Shown in pieces: positions 48,949 through 62,223 of a stretch of 64,000 nucleotides of DNA. A program made the position numbers and the translations under genes. Where the stretch lies: assembly GCA_043228905.1 (NCBI GenBank), contig JBHGNT010000010.1, positions 10,106,001 to 10,170,000 on the forward strand. The letters are read 5' to 3'. The notes beneath the pieces were generated by a model, which was not told where the DNA came from, did no database searches, and saw only the letters and a list, made by a program, of their open reading frames with translations. Each line of letters begins with the position of its first letter. The first letter of the stretch is position 1. The DNA comes from Azolla caroliniana (Eukaryota > Plantae > Polypodiophyta).

Positions 48949-50790
48949 TGTTGAGCGAGCAAGCTCAACTTGGGCCAGATCGACTAAAGAAGCCAAGAAT
49001 GAGATCGAAAGGAAACCGATTAGTTAGGCTTGGATTGGCTGAAGAAGTCGAGAGCCGGATCAGATGGAGACCGATCGGTGGGAGCCTGAAAGCCATTAGG
49101 ACCGATAAGGAATTTTTGTGGGAGTTAGTGTCAATATCTCATTAATGAGCAGTCAAGTAGTTGTCAGCACTTGTAAGTCCTTTTGAGGACTTCTATAAAG
49201 AGTGCTCACTGAGCACATTGTATGTACAAAGAATTTTGCTAATAGACATTTTTGTTGTCTGCTCTATCTCTCTCTTTCTCTCACTACGTATTTTTCCATT
49301 CTCTGTGTTTTAACCTTACTGTTGTATTTCCAAAAAACCAACCGTGTATTCTATGCTTTGTCTAACGCTTCTGCACGTATTCTTTTACATGGTATCAGAG
49401 TGTGAGGGTTAGAAGAATCCTCTACTACTGACAAAGCGAACAAGGTAGAGACAAGTTTTTGTCATTCGGAAAAGAAAAGACAGAACCATGGACAGAGGTA
49501 TGGGTAGCTCGCTTCCAATGGAGAATCTTGACAGAAGCAACTATGCATCTTGGCCTTAGAAGATGCACTAGTACCTGCTTAGAGACGGGTATTGGAGCTA
49601 TGTCAAAGGAGCTAATGATGCAACACTAGATTCGACACACAGAGATTTCCCAGCCTGGGAACAAGCGGCAAGTAGATTTCTATATTGCTTTGCATCCTGT
49701 GTGAACAATCAACTATTGAGCTACATCTAGGATGCCAAAATGCCAAAGGACGCTTGGGGAAATCTAAAGAAGTTTTTTGCCGCAAGCACGACAGCCAAAA
49801 AGCTACAACTCAGACAGGAGTTGAGTAATGTCCGACAAAGAGATGTATGTCAGTGACTAATTACACCTCCAAGATCAACGAGATCTGTGACTTGCTCAAG
49901 TCTATCAACATGATGGTTGAAGAAGACGAGATGGTGCAGGTCTGCCTTGGAGGGTTGGCGTCAAAGGTCGGAGCATTCCGAATGGCGGTCTGCACAAGGG
50001 AGAATACGCCTTCATTTTTCAAGCTACAATCGATGTTGCTCGTTGTCAATGAAGAAAATGTTGGGAAAACCGGTCCCTCTGGATGGGAAGAGCACACGAT
50101 GAATTAGTCGACCTCAGCTTGGATGAGACCGAAAATCAACTCGCCAAAAAATTGACTAATAATCGATTCGACTAATAGCCGAATCAGTCATAGCCGACTC
50201 AGAACTAAAATTATAAATAGCCTCAATATGTGCCCTTAGTGGCCTATATTTGTAAATAAATCATATAGGGTATATGAGTGTAAATATATTTAGGGAAAAT
50301 AGTTATGTAAGTTGTTTATTATTGTTGAACGACTTACAGTGAGTACTTGCCTCTATAAGTAAAGAGTGAGTGAGAGACAGAAAGAGAGAGTGAGAGTTGT
50401 AACTCTACCGCCGCCTGTTACACAAGACGAGCTCGAGGTTGTTGCCTGCGAGTCTACTTCTATTCCTCTCACTATAGTGATTCATTTCTTGGAGTTTGTG
50501 GACCCCCATGGCTTTTCCCTTTCCGGGTTTTCCACATAAATATCTTGTGTCTCTGTACTTCGGTTTTCTATTGTCTGTGTAGTGTCGACTTTTGATCTTT
50601 GTACCCGCATTAGCATACGTATCAACTGGTTGCGGCCGGTAGGATCCTTTACAAAAAAGCACGTAGGTGTGTCAACGAGCATGCACACTAACAAAAAGAT
50701 GTTGTACATGGAGGTAGATAGGCCCTGTGGTCGTGGTGGACGAGGCAAGTCGGCATGCAATGGAGGCGGCCGACATTAGCAGCACCAAAC
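48949..50790 (+). mobile_element. Copia 5' part: LTR 48949-49389, iMet PBS 49390-49400, decayed gag from 49488
   Basis: TGTTGAGCG...TTTTACA followed by TGGTATCAGAG; gag NYASW and MSVTNYTSKINEICD. Confidence 0.85.
50059..50653 (+). mobile_element. Solo LTR inserted in Copia gag
   Basis: TGTTGGG...TTTACA; flanks gaaaa / aaaaa; the gag frame resumes afterwards. Confidence 0.65.
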
Positions 50791-52600
50791 AGTTCGCGAC
50801 CCTCCACGAGTTTTAGCCGGTTGACTAGCCAAAGTGTAAAGGTCAACAAGAGGAGTCGGAGTTGGACAAGTGTGAAAAAATAGTAGACGATAAATTATAT
50901 TTTCCTAAGTAGGAAATAGAGTAATTAGGAAAATAAAACAGTTAGTGTAATTGTAGGTTCTTGCTGAACATGCAAGTGTATTATCTTGGAAAAGTTTCTT
51001 AGGTTGCCTATAAAAGGGGCCGAGAGCATTGTATCAATATCGGTCTATTTTGGATTATTAATATAATTTTGGTAGGTAGAGTATTTACTATGTCGAATGT
51101 TCTAATTTGTTTCTCTATTACACAGATTATATTTATAACTATCAGTCAATCAAGTTCGTGCTCCATATGAATATTATTTAAGTTTGAGTAATTAATATCT
51201 TTGTGATGTTCTAAGTAAGCAATGATCATAGTCGGCAACAATCTATCTCCAACCACAATCATCTTGATAGGACGACTTAGGGATTAAGACGTTCGACCCT
51301 TTGTTTCTGTCGACAGAGACAACATAATAATTTGGCACGCCCAATTACATCTGTTAAGAACAAAGAACAAGGAGAATGGATGTTGTCCAATTGATCTAAT
51401 ACATATGAGCTTGTAGGAAGTTGAACACCACGCACGAGATCGGAGAGACGACATGTAGAGTACGGTCATTCCACTAATTTGGAGTCTGTTGAACTAATTC
51501 AGCAGCAAGCTGAAGGGGAATTAAGAGAGGTTCCCGATTTATACACCGACAATAGTTCGGATGAGGAGACGTCCAACCATTCTAGTTACTTCACAGACCT
51601 AGGAGAAATTTTGGAAGAGGATACAATGTGGTATCTCTATTCTAAGTACAATGATGAAGCCGATGCGGAAGCGCACATACGTGCTTTCCTTATGACTTGG
51701 CAAGATAATCATGTATCCTAGAGATTGTCGGAGGTAGATGCTAACAAATTGAAGATCAAGGAATTTGGATTGTCACTAAACGAAAAATCAGCAAATTGGT
51801 ATTCACAGCATGAGGTAGGTGAGTTTGAGTCATTTAAGCAATTAACTAGCAAGTTTATCAGACCATTTCATGGACAAGTTCCCAAAAGAGAACTCATGAG
51901 CCAGTTCTATGCCGCTTGCCAAGAAATTCATGAGACCGTTCCACAATTTATTATTCGGTTTCAAAACCTTCGACGAAAATTAGCATGACCTCTTCCAAAG
52001 GAAGATGTCAAAGAAACTTTCTTATCGGCACTCTGAGAGCCGCTTCATATGACACTGGCAGTGTTTGATTTTACGGGTCAATTGCTAGAATAGGTGATTG
52101 ACAAAGCACTTATACTAAATAAAACCAACAAGTAATAGTATTTCTATGATATCATTACCGAAATCATTACCAACTTCGGAAGAATTCAGATTCTAACAAG
52201 CTATTCAATGCACAACATGTTTAAATCCGGGGCATTCTACAATAGAATGTACAATACACAAGCATTGTCCTATTTGTCATTCAAAGGTGCATACAATCGA
52301 TCAATGCGAATATAATCTTCTCAATAAGGTCGCGGCTCCAGTCAAACAAATACAACCAGATGACGACCACATGGAAGATAGAAATCAACAAGTGCACCAG
52401 TTTCGGGATGATGTTCGGTCGGGATATGAGGACCGATACCGGGTCAATCAGAATCGACAGGATGACTATCGAAGGGATGCCCATTACGATGATTATCAAC
52501 CAAATAATGACCATCAAGATGATTATAGGAGGGATATTTGGCACCCATATAAGCAGGATTACTCACCAAGACATGATAGGAATGATCAACGTCCTTACAA
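50791..52600 (+). mobile_element. Gypsy 5' fragment F: LTR to about 51324, tRNA-Arg PBS (51333-51343), decayed gag
   Basis: PBS TGGCACGCCCA; gag motifs SANWYSQ and ETVPQFIIRFQNL; tandem knuckles CTTCLNPGHSTIEC and CPICHSKVHTIDQC. Confidence 0.75.
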
Positions 52601-52934
52601 AGGTTCTTGTTCCATGCCTTTCCGGCTCACTACCAGACGTTGGTCATCACTTAGTCGGCTCGGCCGTCTGTCTGCCTCTATCGTCACTGACTGTCGTCTG
52701 TCGTCGTTCGTTGTTTGCCGACTACCTCTTTTCCCAGCTCTAGGTCGTTGTCGTCTATCTGGCCGACTATCTCTCTATTCAGCTGGGTTCCAGACCTTCT
52801 GTCCAGTCATTGCCGTTGCACTCCATCAGTTGCGGATGGCCGAACCTTCTATTTGCCAGCTTTCTTGCTGGTTGGCCATGGTTGTCTATTCGGTCGTGGA
52901 TGTACACACCACATGGCTATGGCCACCATCCTTT

Positions 52935-53087
52935 TCATTTACTTCTACGGAGACAAAAGAAACGCTTTCACCTTCAGCATATGGACATCTCTCTTTGCCA
53001 TCTTTGTGTACTAGTCGATAGGTCCCAAAAAAGGAATGTCGAGAGACTGGAGCTTCATCATTTGCTTCTACGAAGACAAAAGGAACT
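52935..53087 (-). pseudogene. EBP2: EBP2 (rRNA-processing protein) gene fragment, 3' part with tandem duplication
   Basis: LQSLDIPFLGPID*YTKMAKRDVHMLKVK resembles the EBP2 motif LPFLRPxDYYAEMVKSDxHMxKVK. Confidence 0.7.
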
Positions 53088-54174
53088 AACATGTTCATGT
53101 TCACAAGTGGAAGGATCGGATCACGCATTCCACTTGTAGAATCTTCTTAAAAATATCCAAATATACCCTCTCTACAAAAATTGGATGCACTAGTATCACA
53201 TGTTCCACAACGTCATTAGGATTTGCAAATATAAAAATACATGATAGGTCTACGAGTGGAGATCATTAGAAATTCAAATAATTTTTGATGTGTTGATAAG
53301 TTAATGTAGGCATAATAAAGTTTAACAATGGCTCAATATCTCACTAATGTGCGACACGGGAAACACTAAGTTAAAGACTTATATTAATTTGGTAAGTTTT
53401 ACAAAAATATGAGGTGTACTTGTAACCATCCTAATAAAATGAGTTATAATTTATACTTGGACCCATACTCGCATGTATATAATTGTGGACAATGTAGGAT
53501 AGTGAACTTTAGGATAATGTGATTGGAATAACTAACTTATTAAGGTATTTAATACTTGTATTTAAAGTTAATCTAATCTATTCCTTAGTTTGTTCGTACG
53601 GGATCAAACCATATGTATATAATTGTGGACAATGTAAGACAGTGAACTTTAGGATAATGTGGTGGAAATAACAAACCTATTAAGGTTGCTTTCATACTTG
53701 TATTTAAAATTGATCTAATCTATTCCTTAGGTGATTCACACTAGATCAAACTCCGAACGATAATGCTAGTGGAACTACAAGCGTATAAAAACATGCGGAT
53801 AACACTAGTGGAACCATTATAACCACACTACACAATCAAAGCAGCAATGGAAGAGAAACATAATAGTTTTAACAATAGAAGACAAAGATCCATAATAACA
53901 ACATGGACAGTCATGGCAACAATTCTACGACCATGTTATGTTAAGGTAAAGTTTGACCAAAATAAGCCTTAATTTAAACTAATTCATGTTTCTCCATATT
54001 GGTAGTCAACAATGCACGCTGTGAAACCAATGTCATAAGTCTACTAACCAAGTATATAGAAATAAAATTGAAACATATAGAAAATTTTAAAGAATAGAAT
54101 ACACCAAGTAAAACCCAAATTTTGTATTAATAATGTGAGTTCCAAACAATACATTTCATGAACAAAAGAGTCTA

Positions 54175-55171
54175 TTACATAGCAAGCAAATCGTCAATGT
54201 CATTTTCTTCTTCATCCTGTATAGAAGTCTCTTCGGCCATACATGCATTGTCTTCCCTTGTTAGCCAAGCCAACGAAATATCTTCTATAAGCTCATCATC
54301 AAGCTTTATTAGCTCCCCCGGTTCCCCGGCTAACGGAGGAATAGGCTCTTGCGAAGTAGGTGGAAACCTTTCGGTATCAACGAGGTTCTTTGCACCGACC
54401 TCCTCGTCCTGGTTTGGGCACTCCCACAAAGCCTTAATCCTCATGTTTATAAACATAACTTGCTCCTCATCCTTCTCCAATGCACCTGTGTTTCTAAAGA
54501 GCTTCAATGCACATGCAGACGTTGTCCCTATGAAGAAAGTAACAAGAAGAATTAGTTTTCAAACAAGAAAGATTCAATATTGGTTATTTCAAGATTGTTA
54601 ACTTAGTTCGAGGAATACCTGTGCCAAAAAAGAGGTCTAATATCCAATCTCCTTCTACAGAAAACATCTCGATCAAGCGTATCATAAGTCGTTGAGTTTT
54701 TTGGTATGGGTTGACAAGTCCCCATTCTATCGTGGTGACATGTCGCAATTTCCGTGTCACTACTAGATATACCAGTTGATTTGAACTTCCCACTTCATTA
54801 GAATGCTCCTTGATTCTTTGTTTCTTTATTCCATCGAAGTAGCCAACTGTAATGTATTCAATCGCATTTACGAACCGAAAGGTTGGCCCTCTATTGACAT
54901 TGGTTTTTATCCTATAACAAATATTACATCGAGTTAAGAATAGATTGAACAATCTTAAGAAAGGCAATATAGTGAATGAGACATATCAATAATCCTTATC
55001 ATGCAAGGTTCTCAATGCCATGGCGTATCGAGTTCCTGTATAAAGTTTGTGTTTTAAATGGGAACTCGATATGGTGTATTGAGTTCTTGAGTGCTAAAAC
55101 ATATTTACAAAAATGTTCTGACTATCAGGCGCTTACCTGGAGTCTTGGCGCTCGATTTTCTTTGAAGACAT
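54175..55171 (-). CDS. Spliced beta-class N4-C/N6-A DNA methyltransferase-like gene (exons 55171-55137, 54911-54619, 54527-54175; 226 aa; motif IV not found)
   Basis: Joining GT-AG introns in frame gives VNPYQKTQRLMIRLIEMFSVEGDWILDLFFGTG|TTSACALKLFRNTGALEKDEEQVMFINMRI, matching HPTQKP..LIxxxS.xGD.VLDPFxGSGTT.xAA..LGR..IG.E of N6_N4_Mtase. TATAAATA on minus at about 55305-55312. Confidence 0.75.
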
Positions 55172-55579
55172 GGTTCACGTTGTCAATGCTTAGGGGGAGA
55201 TGACAATTTGGTGCTTCGTGCTCTATGTGCTTTGTGTGCTTTGTGTGCTCTTGTGCTTTGTTCTGTGCGTGTGCATCGTGTGATTGAGATATGAGGAGGT
55301 CTTCCTATTTATAGGGATTGACCACAATGGTTAAAAGTAACCATAGTCACTTTAACCAGGGTTGGCAAGCTTAAGGTTAGTTATTTAGACCTAAGAAAGA
55401 GTTACTTTATTTAGTTCATAATCTTGAGTATACCAATCACTCTCTAATGGATTTGAATTAAAATATGCTAATGAATCCATCAATGGTTAAATACTCAAAC
55501 TAACATATCAATGATTATTTTATAGTCAAACTAACATACAATGACTTTGAAGGTCATGAAGGAAACAATGATAGAGGTT

Positions 55580-55765
55580 CATGAATGAACCAATGATTGA
55601 ATAGTCAAAGCAACATTTTTATGACTCTTAATTGCTTTGTATTAAAGATGTGGCCATGAATGAACCAATGATTGAAAAGGCTTATATTTAAAATGGTGGG
55701 CATGAATGAACCAATGATTGAGAAGTTCTATATTAAATATGGGTGCCATTAATTAACCAATGATT
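55580..55765. repeat. Four copies of a CCAAT-containing 21-mer (catgaatgaaccaatgattga) in the divergent-promoter spacer
   Basis: Copies at 55580, 55655, 55701 and a variant at 55747. Confidence 0.8.
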
Positions 55766-56112
55766 TTAACTTTAAACCAACATATATATGGCTTGGTAAT
55801 GATTGTAATTATATTATACTTCATGGCTAAAGTAAATTTAATTTAAATTATATATTATAGGATTAATAAGGTATAAAATATAATTGATTCAACTTTATAT
55901 TGACTAGTTTACGTAATTATTAATATGTTGAATACAATTATTATATTAAAAATAATATCTTTATTTATTGTATTAATATAATATTAAATAATATAGACAT
56001 TATATTGAGGGAGCTTCTGTTTAGAGAGGAGTTTATGTTTAGAGAAGAGCTTATCAGTTTTTTATATTACCCCAAGCACATAACTTAAAGAGCTCTGTGT
56101 GGACCTTAAGCC

Positions 56113-58849
56113 ATGAGTGAAGACTCACCGTTCTCAACTAAAGAATATTGTTTGTCATCAAACTCTTCATTTTCTACCGAAGAGTATTGTTTGTCGACAG
56201 ACTCACCATTTTCTATCGAAGAATATTGTCTGAGCTCATCTTCACCTACAACACATGAGAATAATGACACATGTGAAGAGTTCTCTATTGAAGAATACGA
56301 TATTAATAAAGATACAGAGAATGAAGGTAGTGCTAATGAAACATCGAATATCATGGGTGATGGTCACAACAAAGAATTGAATAGTAACAAGGTTACACCA
56401 ACTTCTATGCAGGAAGAGAAATCTGGAAGCCCTATGCATATTAGAAGAATCTGACGAAGAGTTAGTCTGGCTAGATTTAACTTGGTGACATCAGATAATA
56501 GATTGAATTTGATGTCAAAAAAATATGTTGTGCCCGTGGTTGTATGTCTAAGATTGGAAAATCAAAGTTTCGAGAATTAAGGCGATACTATTTCTCGATG
56601 ATTGGTGATGAGCAAGACACTTACCTCGGGTCACATATGCAACTAGTGTTTGACAAATGTACGAGGATCAAAATATCATTCGAGTATTATATCTTCCATG
56701 CGCAACAGATATGTAGATTTGCATTCAAAATTGTGTTATGTGTTGGTAACATGCGGCTACATGGAGTACAACAATGACTATTTAGATGCTCAATTGTAAA
56801 GAGGTTCCAAGTATGAAAGCTGCAATTGGAAGACATGCTATTGGTTGGATAAAAAGTTACTTTTAGTTAAATTGTGAAGTAATGCCCACTACAGGTAGGA
56901 TGCACCTCTCTAATAATTACACACGTCGGGAAGTTTATGATGGCTATCGATCTGTTATGGTGGGCTCACGTAATAAATCGGTCACATATAGCCAATTCAC
57001 AAGATTATGGAGAGCACGGTTTTCAAATGTTATCATTCCACGTAAAGTACGCATGGGGTATTACTCCATTTGTGCAAATCTTAAAAGTTTGGCTAAAGGT
57101 GCAAAGACATCAATGGAAAAGGATATGGGTAAGAAGTTACTACAGGAGCATTGTGAGGCACAATCATTAGAATGAAAGAAGGTGATGCATCATAGAGAGA
57201 AGGTTTTGAAGAGGCCCGAACAATGCATGTGATTAATGATAGATGGCATGGACTAGAAGAAGACGTGCTTACCGCATATGTGGAGGCTCCCCAAAGACGT
57301 CAATGATGAGTGCCTTGTTCAAATGCACTTGGTGGGATGCTTGGCTTATAATAGGTCTGTTGGACCTCACGTCTTCATTACATACCCCAATGTTCACAAT
57401 GACCCTAACCTAACAGTTATAGTGATTCACCGAGTTTTGATGTCTTGGGGCCAACTGTTCCCCCCTGTTCTATACATTCAATTGGACAATACTGCTAGAG
57501 CGAACAAAAATTCAATTGTGTTTGGCTATCTAAGTATGTTGGTCAACCAAGGATTGTTTAGAAAAGTGAAAGTCAATTTTCTTTTGGTTGGCCACACACA
57601 TGATCATATAGATCAGATGTTTAGTACATTCTCTAGACAATTGTCTCGGCATGATGCTTTCACATTACCAAAACTATTTGATGTCATTTGTGATGCATAT
57701 ACACCACGCCCAAAAGTGTTACACTTGAAGGAGGTATATGACTTTAAGAGATATATATCAGATGGGGGTGTTGGGAATGTTAAAGTGCTCGCCAAGTTAA
57801 ACAATATAAGCTTCAATCACATTTTTATGATAAAGAAAAATGAAATAAGTGGTTCTACGCTTTTGTATTCTAAACAATATTCATCTTCTACAACATGGGA
57901 ACCGGAAGGTGGTTGCCAGTTATTACTTTGTATCCCGAGTACAATTGTCGATGGGGCTAAACAAATGTCAATTGAGAAGAAAGGACAGTTGCATAGTGAC
58001 TTGGAATCGGAACAAAAATAGTTATGGCTCCAAGCCTTAGAAGAAAAAAGAAAGCATATTGAGGCCGCCAAGAAATATGCCGCACAACAAGACACGTCAT
58101 GGTGGGATGTATTTTTTAGTGATAAAAAAGGAATTATAGACAATTGTGTATTTGGTGATAATTGGAATTTGGAAACGTCATTCACATGGTCGCTACAATA
58201 TGATCGTGTAAATAAAACTCCAGAGCAACCAACAAATGCGATTAATGATAGTTTGGTCCATCCACAACAAAGAGACATTTCTGTGGGACCAAGGATGACC
58301 AAAGTAGCCAAAGCTAGATGGCAAGGCAATTTGCAAGAGCTCGCGGCGGGGATGTTGATTCCAACGCCGGCTGATGAGAACTCACATGGCCACCAATTTT
58401 GGGTTGGTAAAATTCTAGAAGTGCTAATGCATGAAATAGAAAACACGATCAAGTCTATAAATGTTCATTGGTACAACACTAGAAGTGCAAATGCTTTTAC
58501 TGGTAAGTATACATTGGAGATGATTGAATACCCAACGACAAGGGGAGGTAGGAAGAGGTAGCAAAACATTCGTAAGACCTCGACCCTTGATATCTTTGAT
58601 GTGGATATCATCGTGTACGACTTCACGCTTACAAAAGCCGGACGATTAAGGAAGTCAACAATAGATATAATAAAAGAAAAATTATCAGGTCTACAAGGTG
58701 GCTTGAGTCGAAGGCAAACAAGATCTGCTACATATAATCTAGATTCAAACCATTTGGTTTATGACGAAGATAATTCATTGATTGGTACATCCAAGGATGA
58801 CGAGGAGGAATCGTCATTTTATATTAGTTATAGTAGTGATTCTCCGTAA
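56113..58849 (+). pseudogene. Sola-type DDD transposase, disrupted by several stops and frameshifts
   Basis: Catalytic motifs MIDGMD (about 57237), YIQLDN..NKN and FLLVGHTHDHIDQMFS; N-terminal Cys motifs (CCARGC; ICRFAF). Confidence 0.85.
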
Positions 58850-59217
58850 AGGAGTGATCATGAATGTATTTTTGGCTATTAAGTGTAACTACATTCCACT
58901 TGTAACAAATCGAGTAATATAAAAGCATGTATTTTGAATTCTTATGATTTCTAAAAAAATGTTTCTTATAAAATAACATTGGTTGTAAAGTTTGTGATAT
59001 TAATTGAGAATGTAACTTTTTGAAATTCCTCTTTTTATTATTATTTCTAAATCACGAAAATAGTGGATTTTTAACCTTTTTCATAGTATATTAGAACATA
59101 TATGATATTGGTATCAATGTATTTTGTAAAATCATTGAAAAAGTACTAAAATCAATCCAAATATTCCTTATCCTTCCATTTATGGGCAATCCTTCCACTT
59201 GTGAATGCGAACGTGTT

Positions 59218-59540
59218 AACTCTTTCACCTTCAGCATATGGACATCTCTCTTCGCCATCTCTGTATACTAGTTAGTCGACAGGTCCCAGAAAAGAAATGT
59301 CGAGAGACTAGAGCATCATGAAAGCTTCATGACTTTCATCAAGAGCTTGAGTGTATAAAGCCATCTCTTGAGTGATGTCATCATTCACCTTGACATCTAC
59401 ATCATTGATGTCAAAGGTAAAAGAGATCAACTGGTGCCAATCGAGTTCTTCAGGTCATCCGATCTCTTCAAGCTTCCTAGGGATGGCGATGGAGTTGTCG
59501 ACAACATAACAGATCTACTTTTTGGCAACTGGTATGGGGA
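59218..59540 (-). pseudogene. EBP2: EBP2 gene fragment, 5' part
   Basis: KLEEIG*PEELDWH...DVKVNDDITQEMALYTQALDESHEAF resembles plant EBP2 KLxDISWPEDVDW...VDVNDDLARExAFYTQAL. Confidence 0.75.
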
Positions 59541-60129
59541 TTGGGATGAGAACACATGGATTTTGGCACTAGATGCCATTGAGCGATGGGGATGATTAGA
59601 GGAAAGTATTGAAAATGGAAAAGAGAGAAGCTATGATGAGGAGGTCATAGATGCATGTTTTCTTTTTTGAAGACACCATGATTGCTCTCGTCGTGTCTTC
59701 TTCCTCTATTCTTCTTCTGTGCTTCAAATGGATCTCTTCTTCCCCTTGCTCTCTCACAATCATCATGAACTCCATGAGAAATTGTCGTCCTCCTGACAAG
59801 AACTCGCAACACCTGCGATCTTTGGATGTCTCTAAGCTAGACCAAGCTGGAAGAGCGATTGTTTTCATCCAGAAGCTAGATTTTTCCCCTCCAAATGAAC
59901 AAAAGACGATCGAGATGATGAATTAGATGAATCCCCCCAATAGAAAACAACAGACTTAGAACTAATTAGAAAAATAAGATAAGTAACAAGAAGATCATAT
60001 GAGTAGCTTTATTTATGTTGGTTACTAGTAGTAGAAAATATTGCACGACTGAGAAATCAAATGGATGGTCTGCATCACTCTCTAACTGAGAGACAAACAA
60101 AGACATGCATCACTCTCTAACACAGAGAC

Positions 60130-61240
60130 AAACAAACACACAGAGATAGAGAGGGAGAGTGAGATTTCTTCTCGAGGAAGGGTCGGTCATTCAGGAGTAC
60201 GACCGAGACACGCATTCGAGATGCGCGGCCAAGAGTATGGCCAATTGATGGCTGAGAAACGACATCCGGGAGCCGAGAGTCAGCCAAGCGTCGAGAGCTA
60301 GCCAAGAGACAGCCAAACAGAGGTCAGCCGAGAGAGGCGATTAGACAAACAGATGGCCGCCAAACTGGCAGACAAAGACGGCCACCAGACACAGGGAAGA
60401 GAAAGAAATAGAAGCAAGGAAGAGGAAGGAGAAGCAACAACAATCGAAGAAGAGGGCAGAAGAGGAGAAAAGAAGGGAAGCACGCAATCAGAAGAAGGAA
60501 AAACACAAAAAAAGGACTACAGAAGAAAGGGCATTGAGAGTAATTTCAAAAATCTGAGGGCAGTTGAAGAAACTTCAAAAACATAAGGGTAGTTCATAAA
60601 ATTTTAAAAAACTTGAGGGGTACAACATAGAATTTCAGAAATGCAAGGGTACAAAAACTCATCACTACTCACACTAAGGAAGAAAGATATATATATATAT
60701 ACACCCACAATCTTTGTTAAACCTAAATGACTTTTACCACATTGGATAAGACGATTGGTGTGCGATCCAATCATGAGATTGCTGACCAAACGAGAAGGTT
60801 CGTGTCAAGCCAGCTCCGATCAAAGTTATCGATCGTAGAGCAATAATTCGGTTGAGGGATTTCCGATCGTAAGAGAAGAGAAGACCGAGGGAGTTCCGGT
60901 CAACAAAACTTTTTGGCATGGGCTTGTGGTTCAACGTGCAATGCATTGTCCCACAAGTGTGCCAAGTGTTACCCGTATAGGTCTACGTGAGGGTTAAGGT
61001 GTAATGTGTATGGTGTGTAATGTGTAATATGAATGAGTGTGTGAAGAGGAGTATGTGTATGAACATATGCACATTTGTGTGCATGTGTACAAAGGTGAGA
61101 AAGTGGGTAAGTAATGTAATTCCAGACTTGTCTCGTTCATTATTTGTAACAGTTACCTCTTGTACTATATAAACCCCATCCATGAGGCATAATGGAGGAT
61201 AGCTTTTTCCCCTCTCATTTTTGTGTCATTTCTTATTTCG
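60130..61240 (+). mobile_element. 3' end of an E-family LTR element G with truncated LTR from 60967
   Basis: 60740-60965 is homologous to the reverse complement of 30655-30870; the LTR shares tatataaacccc and ttttcccctctcatt..gtgtcatttc with the E LTRs. Confidence 0.75.
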
Positions 61241-62223
61241 GTGGTAGTCAAGTACTGAGGAACTAATGCATATCCGTCATCCACTTATCCTTGAATGGTA
61301 TCGACGCTTCCGCCAATTCAATTGTTGCAACTTTGAACTATTGGGCATTCGGAAACTTGTCTTAAACCCCGTCACCTGTTTCTCCAACTAGGCTGAGGTA
61401 ATCTGCCACTACGTGTTGAACTCTGGGCATGTGATAAATATCGAACTCGAACTCTTGCAGCAATAACGTCCATCTGGCCAATTTCCCTGTTAGTGATGCT
61501 TTTGAAACCAAGTATACTAAGCTGAGTGATCTATATGAAATGAAATTTTTTGTCCTAGCAAATAGTGTCTGTACTTGGTGACACTATACACCATTCCTAG
61601 TGCATCCCGTTTGGTAGTCGAGTAATTTTTCTCTACCTTGGATAATTTCCAGGTCGCGTAATAAACCGGTCGGTACTAGTTGGGTTGGGTCAGCGGCATC
61701 AACATGTTGCCAATAGCTATGTCAGATGCATCTACGAAAATGTGGATGTCTCGTATCTAATCCGGAGGTTGGACTACTAGGGTGTGTGACAACATTACCT
61801 ATAATGCATGGTATGCTTCCTCTTCGAACTCCATCCATTTGAATGGTGTTTTGTGTACGACCACATGTAGGGGTGTTGCAAAGTCTGCCAAATATCGGAG
61901 CATCCGGGTATGCCACCGAATCTGGCCTAGAAACCAGCTCAATGCCTTGGCATTAGTTGATGTCGGTGCCTTCACCTTATCCGGATCAAAGACTATTCCC
62001 TCCTTGCTTACAATGTGGCCGAGCAATGCGTCGTTTGTTACTCCGAATGTGCATTTTACCGAATTCAGGCTCAATCTTGCATTTTGGCACTTTTCCAACC
62101 ACATCCGGAGGTGATCCAAATGCTCCTTCTTCTGGCTTTACACAGGAAAATTATCCAGGAAAACCTACATAAAGGCCAGGATGTACTCCCCAAAGATCTT
62201 GAAAAGAAGATGAACGTAGGTGG
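61241..62223 (-). mobile_element. Gypsy (non-chromovirus-like) RT-RNase H fragment
   Basis: LLGHIVSKEGI, FLGQIRWH, FVDASDIAIG, KLARWTLLLQEFEF. Confidence 0.8.

Larger units (their letters stand above)
53088..59217 (+). mobile_element. Sola-like DNA transposon, 6130 bp, carrying two divergent genes
   Basis: 29-bp TIRs at 53088-53116 and 59189-59217 (25/29; mismatches look like CpG deamination); 4-bp TSD aact at 53084-53087 and 59218-59221; excision restores the EBP2 frame. Confidence 0.9.

Noticed and set aside
59368-59926. Plus-strand ORFs of 75 and 91 aa
   Set aside because: The 75-aa ORF is the antisense shadow of the EBP2 fragment; the 91-aa ORF has no recognisable motif.
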